The position numbers were made by a program, and so were the translations under genes. The notes beneath the pieces are model-generated. The model saw only the letters and a program-made list of their open reading frames with translations. It did not search any database and had not been told where the DNA came from. Positions 1 to 9,359 of a stretch of 64,000 nt of DNA are shown here, piece after piece; positions within the stretch are counted from its first letter, which is position 1; every line of letters begins with the position of its first letter. This stretch comes from Halobacteriales archaeon QH_7_65_31. GTDB lineage: Archaea; Halobacteriota; Halobacteria; Halobacteriales; Haloarculaceae. The stretch lies in the NCBI GenBank assembly GCA_003021785.1, contig PXQU01000005.1, positions 10,850 through 74,849 of the forward strand. The letters are read 5' to 3'.

Positions 1-56
1 CCGACTGACGCACACGACGCGACCGATTTTTGCCGCCCGCGACCTGAACGTCGTCC

Positions 57-2192
57 ATGACCGAGCAGACGGATTTCTCCACCTTCGGGGACGGGCCGAA
101 CGACTCACACGACGCGCCGGCCGACACCGCTGTCCCCGAGGACGCGCCCGAGAATCCGTACATCGCGCCCGACGAACTGACGTTCGCGCCCGTCGAGGAG
201 TTCACCGAGGAGACGGCCCGCGAGCAGGCCGACGCGCTGCGGGAGGCGATCCGCTATCACGACCACCGCTACTACGTGGCGGCCGATCCCGTCGTCGGTG
301 ACCGCGTCTACGACGCCCTCTTCGACCGGCTACAGGCGCTCGAAGCCGAGTTCGGCCTCGACGCGAGCGACTCCCCGACCCGGCGCGTCGGCGGCGAACC
401 GGTCGACTCCTTCGACACCGTCGAACACGTCGCGCCCATGCTCTCTATCGACTCCTCCGGAGAGGCGGACGACGTGCGAGAGTTCGCCGACCGGATCGCG
501 CGCGAGGTCGGCTCTCAGCGGTTCGTCTGTGAGCCGAAGTTCGACGGTATCTCTATCGAGGTCGTCTACGAGGACGGCGTCTACGAGCGGGCGGTCACCC
601 GCGGCGACGGCGAGGAGGGCGACGACGTGACCCGGAACGTGCGCACGGTGGCGTCGATTCCGGAGCGACTGCGCGGCGACTATCCGGACTTTCTCGCCGT
701 GCGCGGGGAGCTGTACATGCCACGCGAGGCGTTCACGGCGTACAACCGCGAGCGGACGGAGCGGGGCGACGACGCGTTCGCGAACCCGCGCAACGCGACC
801 GCCGGCACGATTCGCCAGCAGGACCCCGCGGTCGTCGCGGAGCGACCGCTCGACTGCTTCTTCTTCGAGACGCTGGCAGGCGCGGCGTTCGACACCGCGT
901 GGGAGCGTCATACCACGCTCCCCGAGTGGGGGCTTCCCGTCAACGACGAGGTGCGACGCGTCGAGGGTATCGACGGTGCGATCGACTACCGGGACGAGCT
1001 GGTGGAACGGCGCGACGATCTCGACTACGAGACCGACGGAACGGTGATCAAGGTGGACGATCGGGCCGCCTGTGAACAGCTCGGCGCGACGGCTCGCGCC
1101 CCGCGGTGGGCGTACGCCTACAAGTTCCCCGCGCGCTCGGAGGAGACGACGGTTCGCGACATCGCGGTTCAGGTCGGTCGTACCGGTCGACTCACGCCCG
1201 TCGCGCTGTTGGACCCCATCGAAGTCGGCGGTGTGATGGTGTCGCGCGCCTCGCTCCACAACCCCGGTCAGATCGCCGAGCTGGGCGTCGGCGTCGGTGA
1301 CGCGGTCGAACTCGAACGCGCGGGCGACGTGATTCCGTACGTCGATGCCGTGGTCGAGACCGACGATGACGGCCACTACGCGTTTCCCGACCACTGTCCG
1401 GTCTGTGACTCGGCGGTCGAGCGCGACGGCCCCCTCGCCTTCTGTACCGGCGGCGTGGCGTGTGGCGCACAGCTCCAGCGCGCGATCGAGCATTACGCCA
1501 GCCGCGACGCGCTCGATATCGAGGGGCTCGGCGAGAAGTCAGTCGAGCAGCTGATGGAGGCCGGACTCGTCGGCTCGCTGCCGGACCTCTACACGCTCGA
1601 CCGCGACGCTGTCGCCGAACTCGCAGGCTGGGGAGAGACGAGCGCCGACAATCTCGTCTCGGCAATCGAGGCGAGCCGCGATCCGGAGCTCGGCGGGTTC
1701 CTCGTCGCGATCGGGGTCCCGGAGGTCGGGCCGACCGTCGCCCGCGACTTGGCCCGCGCGTTCGGTAGCTTCGACGCTGTGCGGACGGCCAGCCGGGCAG
1801 AGCTGGAGTCGGTCGACGGTATCGGTGAGGTGGTCGCGACGGAGATCAGGGAGTTCTTCAACTCCGCACAGAACGAGCGCGTCATCGACGGGCTCCTCGA
1901 TCACGTCGATCCGCAGGAGGTGGACGTAGAGACCGGGGATGCACTCGCCGGGCTGACGTTCGTGTTCACGGGATCGCTGTCGGGGATGACCCGCGGTGAC
2001 GCACAGGAACTGGTCGAACAGCATGGGGCCAACGCCACCTCGTCGGTGTCGAGCAACACCGACTATCTCGTCGCGGGAGACAGTCCCGGACAGAACAAGA
2101 CGGACGACGCCGAAAGCAACGACGTACCCGTCCTCGACGAGGCGCAGTTCCGGGAGCTACTCACAGAGAACGGGATCGAACCGGAAGCGTAG
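57..2192 (+). CDS. ligA: NAD-dependent DNA ligase (LigA/LigN)
   Basis: Adenylation motif CEPKFDG, FANPRNATAG, AYKFPA, QVGRTG, Cys4 zinc finger (CPVC..C..C), HhH repeats, C-terminal BRCT (FVFTGSL..DYLVAG). Confidence 0.97.
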   Translation: MTEQTDFSTFGDGPNDSHDAPADTAVPEDAPENPYIAPDELTFAPVEEFTEETAREQADALREAIRYHDHRYYVAADPVVGDRVYDALFDRLQALEAEFGLDASDSPTRRVGGEPVDSFDTVEHVAPMLSIDSSGEADDVREFADRIAREVGSQRFVCEPKFDGISIEVVYEDGVYERAVTRGDGEEGDDVTRNVRTVASIPERLRGDYPDFLAVRGELYMPREAFTAYNRERTERGDDAFANPRNATAGTIRQQDPAVVAERPLDCFFFETLAGAAFDTAWERHTTLPEWGLPVNDEVRRVEGIDGAIDYRDELVERRDDLDYETDGTVIKVDDRAACEQLGATARAPRWAYAYKFPARSEETTVRDIAVQVGRTGRLTPVALLDPIEVGGVMVSRASLHNPGQIAELGVGVGDAVELERAGDVIPYVDAVVETDDDGHYAFPDHCPVCDSAVERDGPLAFCTGGVACGAQLQRAIEHYASRDALDIEGLGEKSVEQLMEAGLVGSLPDLYTLDRDAVAELAGWGETSADNLVSAIEASRDPELGGFLVAIGVPEVGPTVARDLARAFGSFDAVRTASRAELESVDGIGEVVATEIREFFNSAQNERVIDGLLDHVDPQEVDVETGDALAGLTFVFTGSLSGMTRGDAQELVEQHGANATSSVSSNTDYLVAGDSPGQNKTDDAESNDVPVLDEAQFRELLTENGIEPEA

Positions 2193-2255
2193 CGGGACGA
2201 GCAAAACTGAAGCGCAGCGGGAAGAGCAAAACCGAAGCGTAGCGAAAGCGGAAAC
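2184..2255 (+). repeat. Degenerate 25-bp tandem repeat, about 3 copies, overlapping the ligase stop codon
   Basis: Units start at 2184 (GAAGCGTAGCGGGACGAGCAAAACT), 2209 (GAAGCGCAGCGGGAAGAGCAAAACC) and 2234 (GAAGCGTAGCGAAAGCGGAAAC). Confidence 0.75.
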
Positions 2256-2269
2256 GATCACCAGCGTAC

Positions 2270-2396
2270 GTCGCGCGAGCGGAGCGAGCGCGGCGTTTCA
2301 CCGAGCCGACGGAAGGGAGGCTCGGCTGCGGTTTTTTTAGTGCAGGTTTTTGCTGTGAGCGGTGCGCTCCGCGCACCCGAACAGCAAAAAAGTGCG
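2270..2396. repeat. Structured intergenic element (REP-like) between convergent genes, probably also a bidirectional terminator
   Basis: GCGAGCGGAGCGAGCG motif, hairpin CCGAGCC(2301)/GGCTCGG(2319), T-tract, nested hairpin TTTTTGCTGT(2347)..GGTGCGC-TCC-GCGCACC..ACAGCAAAAA(2390). Confidence 0.65.
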
Positions 2397-2558
2397 TTAG
2401 GAGCGATCGATATCCAGCTCCTCCTGCAGCTCTTCGAGCCATCCCTCGTCGTTGAGCTGCTCCAGTCGGTCGCGGAAATGCGACTCACAGAGACCGACTT
2501 TGAGCCGGTCCTTCTCGACCGCGACGGCGGCGTCCGCATCGCAGTAATGACACTGCAT
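2397..2558 (-). CDS. Small zinc-finger-like protein, 53 aa (DUF6757-like), not in the ORF track
   Basis: Manual translation MQCHYCDADAAVAVEKDRLKVGLCESHFRDRLEQLNDEGWLEELQEELDIDRS; CxxC..CxxH, acidic, directly downstream of the PHP gene. Confidence 0.85.
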   Translation of the reverse strand: MQCHYCDADAAVAVEKDRLKVGLCESHFRDRLEQLNDEGWLEELQEELDIDRS

Positions 2559-2589
2559 ACCGGACGTAGGCGGTCGGTGGTCAAAACGG

Positions 2590-3393
2590 CTACGGGTGAG
2601 ACAGCTCCGTCGCCGCGAGAAAGCGGTCGTAGGCGGCCGGGGTCATTCCCGCCACGCCGAGTGTGTGGTCATGGGCGTCACTCCCACCCGTCGGGAGCAG
2701 ATCGAACTCGGTGATCGCCGTCTCAAGCCGCTCCGTGTCGACATCGGCCCCTTCACCGTAGGGATACCACCGTTCCACGGCGTCCAGCTGCTCACACAGT
2801 TCGAGCGCGGCGTGGGGGTCGTCGTAGCGGAACGGGTGGGCCAACCCGACGACCGCACAGGCGTCGTCGAGGAGTCGGCGACCGGTCTCGAAGCTTGGCA
2901 CGTCTCGGGCGACGAAACACGGGCCACCGTCGCCGATATACTGGTCGAACACGTCGTTCACGGAGAGATCGGTCACGTCGGCGACAGCGCGTGCGATATT
3001 CGGGCGACCGAGACCGGCCTCGGCGTCGATATCGAGCTCGACCCCGAGCTCGCGTTCGAGGTTGTCGATGATCTCGCGACCGCGCTGGATCCGGTCGGCC
3101 TGCAGTCGCTCGGTCTCTCGTTCCAGCTCCATCGTCGGCTCGACGCCGTAGCCGAGTAGATCGACTCGCTGTGTCGGTGTCTCAACGCGGAGTTCGATCC
3201 CGTGAATCAGTCGAACGCCCTTGCGGTACTCCCACGGGGTGTCCAGACCGGGATGGAGCCGGTCGTGATCGGTGACGGCGACGGCGTTGAGATTAGCCGA
3301 TTTCGCGGCGGTCAGCACGTCATCGATGGTCATCTCCCCGTCGGAGTTCGTCGTATGAGTGTGTAGGTCTGCGATGAGCGGCTCGTCGGGCAT
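2590..3393 (-). CDS. PHP domain metal-dependent phosphoesterase
   Basis: DLHTHT, AVTDHD, GIE, LAHP, GGSDAH motifs. Confidence 0.93.
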   Translation of the reverse strand: MPDEPLIADLHTHTTNSDGEMTIDDVLTAAKSANLNAVAVTDHDRLHPGLDTPWEYRKGVRLIHGIELRVETPTQRVDLLGYGVEPTMELERETERLQADRIQRGREIIDNLERELGVELDIDAEAGLGRPNIARAVADVTDLSVNDVFDQYIGDGGPCFVARDVPSFETGRRLLDDACAVVGLAHPFRYDDPHAALELCEQLDAVERWYPYGEGADVDTERLETAITEFDLLPTGGSDAHDHTLGVAGMTPAAYDRFLAATELSHP

Positions 3394-3477
3394 ACGATAG
3401 CTACGTCCACCACCACTATACCAGTTCGGCCTTAGATGACCTTAATCACCTAGCAGTATGAGGGGAAAACTATACGT

Positions 3478-3493
3478 AACGTTCATGAACGTT
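3478..3493. promoter_or_regulatory. Perfect 16-bp palindrome, candidate operator in a divergent promoter region
   Basis: AACGTTCATGAACGTT in AT-rich intergenic DNA, 18 bp before the ATG at 3512. Confidence 0.45.
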
Positions 3494-3511
3494 CTCGGTC
3501 GTTCATGTGGT

Positions 3512-3799
3512 ATGCGATGCATAGCCGACATGGACGCGAACTTGGACGCACACAGCTACCCGGCAACCACGAGTGAGCTCATCGAGGCGTACGGCGAGAC
3601 GGAGCTCGAGCTTCAGAACGGAACCGAGACCGTCCGCGAGGCGCTGAGCCGGCTCGGCGAGACGACGTACGAGGACGCCAACGCCGCCAGAACCGCTGTG
3701 TTATCTGCCGTCTCCGAGGACGCGATCGGGCGAAAGGGCTACTCCGACCGCGATGCACCCACTGTCGGCGGGACGAGTCCGCCGCCGCTCAGCCTCTAA
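3512..3799 (+). CDS. Small conserved haloarchaeal protein (DUF5789-like)
   Basis: YPATTSELIEAYG..LQNGTETV..AIGRKGYSDRD pattern; the start could instead be 3530. Confidence 0.8.
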   Translation: MRCIADMDANLDAHSYPATTSELIEAYGETELELQNGTETVREALSRLGETTYEDANAARTAVLSAVSEDAIGRKGYSDRDAPTVGGTSPPPLSL

Positions 3800-3949
3800 A
3801 CACGTACCGTCTTCGCTGTCGTTTCGACGCCGGTAGCCACGCCCTCGTTTATATATGATCCCGCCACAACCCCGCCGTGACGTAGCAGTCGCGGCGACGG
3901 GCCACGGCGGGAGCACGGCCCACCTGTCGCCGATCGCTCGGGCCGTCTG

Positions 3950-4945
3950 TCAGCTAATCCAGTCGATAGCCGCGTCTATCTCGACCGGCGGTGTGCCGAC
4001 GCGATACCCCTCGGCGCGTCCATCCGGTCGCGCCCGGAACACGACCGTCGGTTCGTGAGCCGTCGTCGGCTGCTCACCGGCGACGGCCGCCCACTCGTCG
4101 TCTCGGAACGACGAACAGTCGACGAACAGCGTCGCCGACGGGTGCGCCGCGAGCTGATCGCGCGTCTTGGCGTCGGCCGTCTCACGAACCGCCGCGACGG
4201 CGGTATCAGCGCGGTCGCGCCGGGTCGGCGGTCGCGGACGCGTCACCTCGACGAGATGCTCGCTCCCGACGAGAAAATCCAGCGCGTGACCGCTGTCGAG
4301 TCCGATCTCAGGCTCGAAGTCGAGCCCGGCGTCGGCCAACAGCTTCGCGACGATGAACTCCCCCATCGTCGCGGCCATCCGACCGACGTCGAGTCCCTCG
4401 CTCGTCCCGAGCTTCGACGCCATCGTGTACCGATTCTCGTCGAGCACGCCGGTCGAGAGGAGCCGCTCGAAGAAGGCGAGCGCCTCCTCGGCGGTCGCGT
4501 CCGGAAACCCGCCGGCGTGGTCAGTGAAGAACCGGCGTGTCGTCTCCCGTCCGTCCTTCGAGAGGAAGACGGGGAGGAAGAACCACGCGACGTGATCGTA
4601 GCTCGCCAGCGTCGGATCGACCAGCTCGAACCGGGCGAGTAGCTCCCGCTGTGCCCACCGTGTGACGGGGTACGGAGCTTCGCTGAACTCCTGTTTGTTC
4701 GTGCGCCACAACGCCTCCGGCGTCGTCGTGTTCCCCAGCCAGTAGCCGCGGTCGTTCCAGCAGAACAGCGCGAAATCCCCGTTATCCATCTCCAACCGAC
4801 GCGTCTCGTAGTTGGCGGGCGGATCGAACCAGGACGGCTCCAGTCGTGCGCCGAACGTCTCGTCCAGCGGGGCGAGCAGGCGCTCGCGCACCCGCTGGTC
4901 TGTCCACGACTCGTTCGACACGCGGAAGCGAAGCGGACCTGCCAC
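3950..4945 (-). CDS. Conserved haloarchaeal protein (DUF5784-like) with a possible PD-(D/E)xK-like C-terminus
   Basis: 331-aa acidic ORF; MGEF..DFLV..LVEVT arrangement. Confidence 0.8.
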   Translation of the reverse strand: MAGPLRFRVSNESWTDQRVRERLLAPLDETFGARLEPSWFDPPANYETRRLEMDNGDFALFCWNDRGYWLGNTTTPEALWRTNKQEFSEAPYPVTRWAQRELLARFELVDPTLASYDHVAWFFLPVFLSKDGRETTRRFFTDHAGGFPDATAEEALAFFERLLSTGVLDENRYTMASKLGTSEGLDVGRMAATMGEFIVAKLLADAGLDFEPEIGLDSGHALDFLVGSEHLVEVTRPRPPTRRDRADTAVAAVRETADAKTRDQLAAHPSATLFVDCSSFRDDEWAAVAGEQPTTAHEPTVVFRARPDGRAEGYRVGTPPVEIDAAIDWIS

Positions 4946-5043
4946 ATTCGCCGCTCGGTCTCAGCGGGTTTACCGTTGTCCCGAGTCTCGTGTGAACAGT
5001 ACCCATACACTTTACTATCAGTGGTCGAAACTGTAGTTCATCC

Positions 5044-5217
5044 ATGGGAATGGGAAACTTCGACGAGACCGAACATGAGCGTCGCGAGGCCAAACACTCC
5101 AGCGTCGATGCGACGAGCGACGACACCCGAACGCAGTATCGCGGGAGCGTGAGCTACGACTCCGGCGAGTCGACCGAGGCACTCCTCGACCAGTTCGAGC
5201 AGATACAATCAGAGTGA
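5044..5217 (+). CDS. Small acidic protein, 57 aa (DUF5786-like), not in the ORF track
   Basis: MGMGNFDETEHERREAKHSSVDATSDDTRTQYRGSVSYDSGESTEALLDQFEQIQSE; AT-rich TTTACTAT upstream. Confidence 0.8.
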   Translation: MGMGNFDETEHERREAKHSSVDATSDDTRTQYRGSVSYDSGESTEALLDQFEQIQSE

Positions 5218-5307
5218 GCCGGCTCTCTCCTCGGGACCGTCACGCGACCCAGCGGCGGCTCTGTCCCCGACCGAGTGGTTTACCACCTGCGGAACGAACC
5301 ACCTGTC

Positions 5308-7053
5308 GTGAACCCCGCGCGGATGCGCTCCGAGTTCCCTGCCCCCGAGTTCCGCGGCGCACAGGCGCAGGCGCTCGACGACATTCGCGACGCCTTCGAG
5401 GCCGGCAACGACGTCGTTCTCGTTCGCGCCCCCACCGGCTCGGGCAAGTCGTTACTCGCTCGCGCGATCGCCGGCTGTGCACGGACGCCCGGTGAGACCG
5501 ATCACGTCGAATCCTACGGGGCCTACTACACTACTCCGCAGGTCTCTCAGCTCGACGACGTGGCCGGCGACGCGCTGCTCGATGACTTCTCTATCATCCG
5601 CGGGAAGGGGAACTACGACTGTATCCTGCCGGGCGAGACCGACACCCCGGTCACCGAAGCGCCCTGCGCCCGCGAGACGGGCTTCGACTGCCCGGTCAAA
5701 CACCGGTGTCCGTACTTCTCCGATCGGGCGATCGCGTCCAACCGGAACACCGCCGCGATGACGCTGGCGTACTTCATGCAGACGGCCGGCTCCGACGTGT
5801 TCGGAAAGCGCGACGTGGTCGTCATCGACGAGGCCCACGGACTGGCGGAGTGGGCAGAGATGTACGCGACGATCGATCTCTCACCTCATCGCGTTCCAGT
5901 CTGGGACAGCTGTGAGCCGCCGGCAGTGGACGGGCTATCGGACGTGGAGGGGTACGCCGAGCGACTGCTCCGCGTCTGCTCGCGCCGACAGGAGGAGCTT
6001 CGCGCGGAGACGGAGCTCTCCCGCCCCGAGGTAGCCGAACGCGACCGTCTGTCGGAGCTCGTCCGCGAGCTCCAGTGGTTTCTCGACGACGCCGGCGATC
6101 CCGACTCCCCGACGACGTGGGTCATCGACCAGCCCGACGGAGCCGGCTCCGCTATCACGGCGAAGCCGATGGACCCGGCCCGGTATCTCCACCACACCGT
6201 CTGGGACCGAGCTAACAAGTTCGCGCTCCTGTCGGCGACCATCCTCAACAAGGAGGCGTTCTGCGCGAGCGCGGGACTCGACCCTGCTACCGTCGCGCTC
6301 GTCGACGTTCCGCACACCTTCCCGCTGGACCGTCGCCCGCTGTACGACGTGACCTGCGGGAAGATGACCTACGACCGCCGCGAGGAGACGCTGCCGGCGG
6401 TTGCCCGCACCGTCGTCCGGCTGATGCAACGCCACCCCGACGAGAAGGGGCTGATCCACGCCCACAGCTACGCGATCGCCGACGAGCTGCGCACGCGTCT
6501 CGGCGAGCTGGGCGTCGGAAACCGTCTCCGCGGTCACGACGCCGACGACCGAGACGACGCGCTCCGCGGCTGGAAGCGCGAGTCGTCCAACGCCGTCTTC
6601 GTCTCGGTGAAGATGGAGGAAGCCCTCGATCTACACGACGACCTGTGCCGATGGCAGGTCGTCTGCAAGGCCCCGTATCCGAACACGCGTGACTCGCGGG
6701 TCGCTCGCCGGCTCGAAGACGACCAGTGGGCCTGGTATTTCCGGACGGCGCTCCGGACGGTGATACAGGCCGCCGGTCGGGTCGTGCGATCGCCCGACGA
6801 CTACGGCGCGACGTATCTGGCCGACAGCTCGCTGCTCGACGTGTTCGACCGCGCTCGCGCGGACACGCCGGCGTGGTTCCGCGAGCAGGTAGACGCGATG
6901 GAACGGCCCGATCTCCCGGCGTTCGACCCTAGCGCGGCGAACGCGGGCGAGACATCGACACGAGGCTACGACTCTGGCGGAACGAGCAACGGCGGTGATC
7001 GGTCGCCGTCGCTGTCTGACCATCCGCTCGGTGACGTGTGGGAGACCGATTAG
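5308..7053 (+). CDS. XPD/DinG/Rad3-family Fe-S SF2 DNA helicase
   Basis: Q motif, APTGSGKS, Cys cluster (YDC..APC..FDC..RCPY), DEAH, SAT, IQAAGRVVRS. Confidence 0.9.
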   Translation: MNPARMRSEFPAPEFRGAQAQALDDIRDAFEAGNDVVLVRAPTGSGKSLLARAIAGCARTPGETDHVESYGAYYTTPQVSQLDDVAGDALLDDFSIIRGKGNYDCILPGETDTPVTEAPCARETGFDCPVKHRCPYFSDRAIASNRNTAAMTLAYFMQTAGSDVFGKRDVVVIDEAHGLAEWAEMYATIDLSPHRVPVWDSCEPPAVDGLSDVEGYAERLLRVCSRRQEELRAETELSRPEVAERDRLSELVRELQWFLDDAGDPDSPTTWVIDQPDGAGSAITAKPMDPARYLHHTVWDRANKFALLSATILNKEAFCASAGLDPATVALVDVPHTFPLDRRPLYDVTCGKMTYDRREETLPAVARTVVRLMQRHPDEKGLIHAHSYAIADELRTRLGELGVGNRLRGHDADDRDDALRGWKRESSNAVFVSVKMEEALDLHDDLCRWQVVCKAPYPNTRDSRVARRLEDDQWAWYFRTALRTVIQAAGRVVRSPDDYGATYLADSSLLDVFDRARADTPAWFREQVDAMERPDLPAFDPSAANAGETSTRGYDSGGTSNGGDRSPSLSDHPLGDVWETD

Positions 7054-7136
7054 AAGACCGAGACGGCGGCGGCCGCGACCGACGAGACGCCCATCAACAG
7101 CACCATGAGGACGGCGATGATCTGGGTTCTGTCCAT
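7050..7136 (-). CDS. Small single-TM membrane peptide, 28 aa
   Basis: MDRTQIIAVLMVLLMGVSSVAAAAVSVF; stop overlaps the helicase stop. Confidence 0.6.
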   Translation of the reverse strand: MDRTQIIAVLMVLLMGVSSVAAAAVSVF

Positions 7137-7219
7137 ACAGACGAGGACGCAGCCAGCCGAATAGATGTGTCGGCTCCGTCGGACGCGGAATTTAAACGCG
7201 AGAACGGTCCAGTTCGGGT

Positions 7220-8341
7220 ATGAGCGACGCTCGCCAGTTCTGTCCCCAGTGCGGGGACCCGGTGGCACGCCCCGACGACGCCGATCTCCCGGGCAGTGCC
7301 CGCGACCCCGACGCCGTCCTCTGTGACGACTGCTACTTCGCTGAGTTCGAGCTGGTCGACGCCCCCGACCGCATCGAGGTACAGGTCTGTTCGCAGTGCG
7401 GTGCGGTCCAGCGCGGCAACCGCTGGATCGACGTGGACGCGGACGACTACACCGATGTCGCCGTCGACGAGACCGCCGAGGCGCTGGGCGTCCACGTCGA
7501 CGCCCGCGAGGTGACGTGGGGCGTCGAACCCGAACAGGTGGACCAGAACACCATCCGGATGCACGCCACGTTCACCGGCTTCATCCGCGAGACGCCGCTT
7601 CAGGAGGAGCTGACGGTTCCGGTCTACATCGCTCGCGGGACCTGTGACCGCTGTGGCCGTATCGCCGGCGACTACTGGAACGCGCTCGTCCAAGTGCGCG
7701 GGACGAACCGGACCCCGACGACCGCGGAGATGGACCGCGCCGAGACCATCGCTCGCGAGTACATCGCCGAGCGCGAGGCGACGGGTGACCGCAACGCCTT
7801 CATCACGAGCGCGAAGCGGGGCGACAGCGGGCTGAATCTGAAGATCTCGGCCAATCAGATGGGCGAGGCGATCGCCCACCGCATCGTCCGCGAGCTCGGC
7901 GGCGGCGTGTCGGCCGCGGAGACGCTCGCGACCGAGGACGGCGACGGAAACGAACTCTACCGGGTCACGTTCGTCGCCCGCCTCCCCGAGTTCACCCCCG
8001 GTGACGTGGTCGAGTTCGACGACGGCGACGGGCCGGTGCTGGTGACGAGCGCCCACGGCAATCTGAAGGGCGTTCGCGTCGAGACGGGCGACCGCTACGA
8101 GGCCAGCTACGAGGAGGGAATCGCCCCTGACGGACGGAAGCTCGGCGACAGCGCCGACAGCGACCGGACGACCGTCGTCGCGGTGGAAGACGAGCACGCC
8201 GTCCAGCTGCTCGACCCCGAAACGTTCGAATCGAAGACCGTTCCCCGACCCGACTACATGGACCCCGACGCCGACGAAGTGCCGGTTCTGCGCTCGCGCG
8301 CCGGACTGCACGTGCTTCCCGCGGAGGAGCAGGATGTCTGA
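7220..8341 (+). CDS. nmd3: NMD3-family ribosome biogenesis protein
   Basis: Four CxxC pairs (CPQC, CDDC, CSQC, CDRC), YWNALVQVR, LYRVTFVARLP, C-terminal QLLDPETFE; TTTAAA box upstream. Confidence 0.9.
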   Translation: MSDARQFCPQCGDPVARPDDADLPGSARDPDAVLCDDCYFAEFELVDAPDRIEVQVCSQCGAVQRGNRWIDVDADDYTDVAVDETAEALGVHVDAREVTWGVEPEQVDQNTIRMHATFTGFIRETPLQEELTVPVYIARGTCDRCGRIAGDYWNALVQVRGTNRTPTTAEMDRAETIAREYIAEREATGDRNAFITSAKRGDSGLNLKISANQMGEAIAHRIVRELGGGVSAAETLATEDGDGNELYRVTFVARLPEFTPGDVVEFDDGDGPVLVTSAHGNLKGVRVETGDRYEASYEEGIAPDGRKLGDSADSDRTTVVAVEDEHAVQLLDPETFESKTVPRPDYMDPDADEVPVLRSRAGLHVLPAEEQDV

Positions 8342-9311
8342 GCTGGCGGTCGTCGTCCCCCGCGAGGCGACGGAGGCGACGCTCGATTCACTCGCCAGCA
8401 CGGGCCACTACGACGACTCCCGGTCGATACAGCCACACGGCGAGGGGGTCGCGATCCCGGTCACCGACGCGCCAGCTGGATACGACGCCGTGCCGGTAGA
8501 GCTGCCGGCGCGCAACCGCGATCTCCGCGACGCGCTCGCCGAGCGCGGCTGGGATGAGTCGAAACTCGACCGCCTCCCGACCTCGTGGGCCATCGTCGGG
8601 TCCTGTCTCCTCATTCAGGATGACGACTTCCCGAACCCGCCGGTCGTCGGCGAGGCGTTACTCGATCTCCACGGCGAGGCCGATACCGTGCTCGTCTCGC
8701 ACGGGATCGAGGGGAGCCAGCGTACCCCCGACGTGGAGGTCATCGCCGGAACCGGGGACACCGAGGTCGTCCACGCGGAACACGGGACGAAGTACGCGCT
8801 CGATCTCGCGACGGTGATGTTCTCGCCGGGCAATCAGACCGAGCGCGCGCGGATGGGTGCGGCGGTCTCGCCCGACGAACACGTCTTCGATATGTTCGCT
8901 GGCATCGGCTACTTCACGCTCCCGATGGCGCGGGCCGGCGCGACGGTGACCACCGCGGAGATCAACCCCGAGGCCTACCGCTATCTCGTCGAGAATGCCG
9001 TCCTCAACGGCATCGAAGACCGCCTCTCCGCGTTCCGAGCCGACTGCCGTGACGTGGACGCGTCGTCCGTCGACCGCGTCGTCATGGGCCACTACGACGC
9101 CGTCGACTACCTCGATACGGCCCTCGATGCGCTCGATTCGGGGACGATACATCTCCACGCCACCGTGCCGACGGACGACCCGTGGACGGAACCGGTTACG
9201 GCGCTCGAGTCGGCGACCGGTGACCGACTTCTTGAGGTTCTCGACCGCCGAGTCGTCAAGAGCTACGCGCCCGGTATCGACCACGTCGTCGTGGACGCGC
9301 GCGTGGACTGA
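8334..9311 (+). CDS. Trm5/Taw2(TYW2)-family SAM-dependent tRNA modification transferase
   Basis: VMFSPGN.ER.RM, DMFAGIGYF, EINP, VKSYAPG; coupled to nmd3. Confidence 0.85.
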   Translation: MSELAVVVPREATEATLDSLASTGHYDDSRSIQPHGEGVAIPVTDAPAGYDAVPVELPARNRDLRDALAERGWDESKLDRLPTSWAIVGSCLLIQDDDFPNPPVVGEALLDLHGEADTVLVSHGIEGSQRTPDVEVIAGTGDTEVVHAEHGTKYALDLATVMFSPGNQTERARMGAAVSPDEHVFDMFAGIGYFTLPMARAGATVTTAEINPEAYRYLVENAVLNGIEDRLSAFRADCRDVDASSVDRVVMGHYDAVDYLDTALDALDSGTIHLHATVPTDDPWTEPVTALESATGDRLLEVLDRRVVKSYAPGIDHVVVDARVD

Positions 9312-9359
9312 ACTGACGGCGACCCGGAGCTATTTACGAGACTGCACACAGCTACGGGT

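Noticed and set aside
57..2192. Bacterial-type NAD-dependent ligase in an archaeon
   Set aside because: LigN is a well-known haloarchaeal feature and not novel.
2184..2255. 25-bp periodic repeat considered as a mini CRISPR array
   Set aside because: The units are adjacent with no unique spacers, are degenerate, and there are no cas genes in the window.
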